DNA of 64,000 bases from Obrimoposthia wandeli (Eukaryota), in assembly GCA_977020255.1 (NCBI GenBank), contig CDROCS010001465.1, positions 186,001-250,000 on the forward strand, given 5' to 3'. Positions 60,401 to 64,000 of the stretch are shown here, one piece after another. Under the pieces are notes generated by a model. The model saw only the letters and a program-made list of their open reading frames with translations. It was not told the DNA's origin and made no database searches. How positions within the stretch are numbered: the first letter of the stretch is position 1; each line of letters opens with the position of its first letter. Both the position numbers and the translations under genes were made by a program.

Positions 60401-63400
60401 ACAAATATATTAATCTATTGTGCTTGTTAACGGGATGCCAAACACAATCCTAACTTAGGAAAACTCCGCATATAAGCACTGATTGAAATCTCTATATTGT
60501 AAGTAAAATTAGATTTACTAATACGTATTAGGATTTCGACAAGAGAAAACTCGCGAGGTAGGATAACCATTATAATATCAAAGGTTTCTTAAAAATAAAA
60601 TATACTGTGAATAATAATTTTTACTATGTAATGAAACAATAGTAGCCTCATTAGAAAAGGGAATGTTGACATACATAATTCATGGGTTACCATTAGTAAC
60701 TAGGTAGGAATATTTTATGAGTATCTTATGTCTATAAATAAAAGAATGAAGTTGCTATATTTAGCATGTCATGTTAGTGAATTGATAAGCTGTTAAAGCG
60801 ATTTGATTTTTATGTCAAATTGTTATCCCAAATTATCCATTTCATTATTTAGATTTTATTTACTGTGCAAACAATTCGGACTAAGTACTCAATACGTTAT
60901 TCTTTCTAAGATATGCATTAAAGTGAATCCCAAAAATATCTCACCATCTACAGTTATGCATACAAAATTTCAAAAGTATACTTCAATAACTTTTAATTTA
61001 AATATATTTTAAATTGAATAAACTTTTAATTAGTTTAAAAATCTTTCATTAGAGTTTTGTTTAATTATTAAAATTAATATGTTTGAGAGTTAAATCTATC
61101 CCGAAAAGGAAATCTTACGAATATTCGTTATAATTTTTAACAGGTAATATGAATTATAACGGTCATCTAAAAAAGTCTAAAAATGTCTAAAAATGTCTAA
61201 AGAAGAAGAAATATTATAAGTTTTGAAAATGAATGGAATACCAAAATCTGAAAACCCGATATCAAAATTTTTTCAAAAAGACCCTGAAACCGTTAGAGAA
61301 TTTTGTAGTGCGTCAAATAATTATGACAAATGATGTGATAAAAGTATGGATGAAAAGAAAAAATTGATTAAAATACATAAATAGTAAGGCAAAAATAAAT
61401 AATTCAAGAACAATGGATATTCCAGCTAGTAAAATAATGTTTGGCGATGTTTGAAAAATAATTTCCTTAAAGTATGTAAAAATTTAAAAACTCTTATTTT
61501 GAATAATGTTCACAAACAAGCTACGTTAAATTTATCCAAGAAAAGACTTTCAGAAGGTCCTAGTTATTGAGATAAAATTACGTTTTCGATGAAAGAAGAT
61601 TTTATCTAGATGAACGAAATGTATATAATTAATAATGGGATGAAGGAATATTCAGACAATTTGATTTCTGAATAGAATATTAAATTTAGAATGTATGGCA
61701 ATATCCATCAACGGAAATCTAAATAATGCTATATATTTTAATTTTTTAACGGATCATATTATAAAACATTGCATGTTAAACCATTGTTAGTTCAAAGATG
61801 AAAAAGCCATACGTATATATATTCTTTCTTGGTTAGATGGAAATAATATTGTTTATAAATCTTGGTCAAGTCCCCATACTACAATGTGGGTAATATTATA
61901 TTAGAGCCTCGTACGTGCAATTATGAAAGAAATTATCAGAAAATGACACAAAAGAGTTATAGAAATGTTTCCCAGAAAGACATATAAAAATAAATTAAAA
62001 TAATTAATGCTTTGTAATTAATTAAATGTTATTTATAATATTATGACTTTTGTTTTTGTTTATTTTATGTTAAAATACGCCGTAGGGATATCTTTTTGAA
62101 GCAATTTCATTTTTGAACTTTATTATTTATTTTATTTATATAATTAAACAAAACCCTAAATAAAATATTTGTTTCAAAAATAATTTACATTTATGTTATC
62201 TCCAACATATTCAAATTTCCAGTCATTACAGCACATACTTGTAAAGTTTCATACACAAATGAAGATAGGTGAATCTTTTGGGACTCATAATAGATACCTG
62301 TTAGCGATATTTATTCAATATGTTGGTCACTTGGCAAACGTTAACTATGAGTATATAACGAAATCTGAAATGAGGTGTGTCAAAAATTTTAAATATTAAT
62401 TAATTAAAGATCAATCCCTTATCTTATATACAAAACCATTTAATTTTTTATCAGTAAAGCATTTTTCAGTAAATATGATTATTATTGTAGTAATACAAAA
62501 TTTAATTTTGAAATGAAATCATTAACAGTTAACCTCTTCTGTCGTCTAAAGGATTAAGGCCAATTAAAAACAAATAAAACAACTAAGAAAATAAATAATT
62601 TAAAACATTATTTCACAAAATATCTTCTTTGAAATCACATCAAATAGTCTGTTACTGATGTTGTTGTAAAGAGTTTTAATGTACATTTTTGTCCATTATT
62701 TGATTCATATATTTTTTCGTTCTTTAATTCACTTTGTAATAAATATGATCGATTCTCTTTATAAATTTGTCTTGTCAGAATTCCCCAGATAGTGTCTATT
62801 ATATTGAGAGCAGGGGAATTAAATTGCCATTACATTAAATGTACACTTATCTTCAAGCCATGCTGTAGTTAGCTTCGATTTACAACTAGTAGCGCTATCT
62901 TGCTGAAAAATGCAATCAAGATCTTAAAAAACAGGTATAAAGCATTCTCTCAACTGATTTATGTATATTTTGCTAATTAATAATGTTTGGTATAAATTTT
63001 CAATTAACGCTTAAACAACCCCAAACTTTTGTCGAACTTTTTGATGTAAATATCATTTTTTCCTTTCTTAGATCATGTCAGTAGTATGTTCGTCATTCGG
63101 GATCCTCTAAAAAAATCTATTCTCATGGATGAAGAATATTTTTCATAATTTTATTTCTCATTCAATAACATATTTTTAAAATATATATATGTTCCATTTT
63201 TTGTGCTTTTGTGAAATTAGGAGCCATTTTTATAAATTTCACGATTTATTAGCGCTATTCAGTATAATACAAATACTTTCGTGAATAATTGATACAGGAA
63301 TATCCTTTTTAACGCTACAGAGACTTATAAGTTTATTAAATCCTTATCTTCGAATTCTTTCATTTGTTCTCACAACGAATTTCTTTCTCCCAGCATTTTT

Positions 63401-64000
63401 AATTAATGTATCATAACTAGGAGCCCCAAAAAAATCAATCAACATTTTTGCATCTGTCAACTTCTTATATTGATTAATATTTTATTTTCGATAAATAATC
63501 AATTTTAATTTTTTCTTTTAAAGATAAATAAGTGATTTTACGTTAACAAAACTTTTGATTTTAAAAAAATAATTTATCATAAAATGCTATTTTTTACGAC
63601 AGAAATACATTTTTAAAATAGCTATAAAATATTTAAACAACGGTAATTATTTAAAGTGATAAATTAAAAATAACACCAAATTAATCCTATAAAACAAATG
63701 ACGATACGGTAAGCCATAATTTTAGAACGTTTAATTCAAATTTACAGAAAATTTTCTTAAATACTCAACGAGATATTTAACTTAAAGCGCCTAAAGACAG
63801 ACGATATTTATATGATAAACAATTTATTAGAAAAAAATAATAATACTATCTTAAACCAATATCTCACAAGGAAACAATCCCCATTGGACAACTCTAAATA
63901 TTAAAATAAATGAGTAAGAAAAAAATATTTGTTTGACTTGTTAGTTCTAACGTTAATTATTTCAACGTATATACCATGAACACATTCATACAGGGTTCCG

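Noticed and set aside
63985-64000. catacag|GGTTCCG as the acceptor of the P450 heme-binding exon
   Set aside because: Only 7 nt of putative exon are visible, so FxxGxRxCxG cannot be verified
1-64000. tRNA, rRNA or other structured RNA genes
   Set aside because: None recognised by eye; a covariance-model scan would be needed to exclude them

Overview
AT-rich animal genomic DNA, not prokaryotic. Small introns of about 42-47 nt and the element styles suggest a flatworm-like host, but that is inference. Two spliced host genes lie head-to-head. (1) A divergent PUR-alpha (PurA)-family gene on the minus strand, exons 19427-18953, 16067-15934 and 10652-10200, about 353 aa. (2) A cytochrome P450 on the plus strand, exons 21628-22202, 24323-24662, 29589-29749, 56259-56484 and probably 57158-57197; its heme-Cys exon is not seen in the window. 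The window opens with a tandem cluster of intronless RING-H2 ORFs next to a large TG...CA LTR (1913-6707), into which a related 2.8-kb solo LTR (3061-5858, TSD ATTT) has inserted. The P450 introns hold a maT/DD37D transposon, a 263-bp Polinton-terminus element with a 6-bp flanking duplication, several Polinton fragments, a Merlin deletion derivative and a decayed, near-complete Polinton/Maverick (about 34.0-53.3 kb). That Polinton encodes an ATPase, integrase, minor and major capsid, adenain-like protease and pPolB with an EndoVII-like motif, and is interrupted by an intact Buster-type hAT transposon. The most striking observation is its accessory cargo: a spliced TATA-binding-protein-like gene, acidic activator-like repeats, a SIM/AT-hook disordered protein, a paralogous pair of possible ssDNA-binding proteins, and TATA/CCAAT/AP-1/E2F-rich promoters. 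Together these suggest an element-encoded transcription-control module. All protein assignments come from motif recognition by eye; no searches were run.
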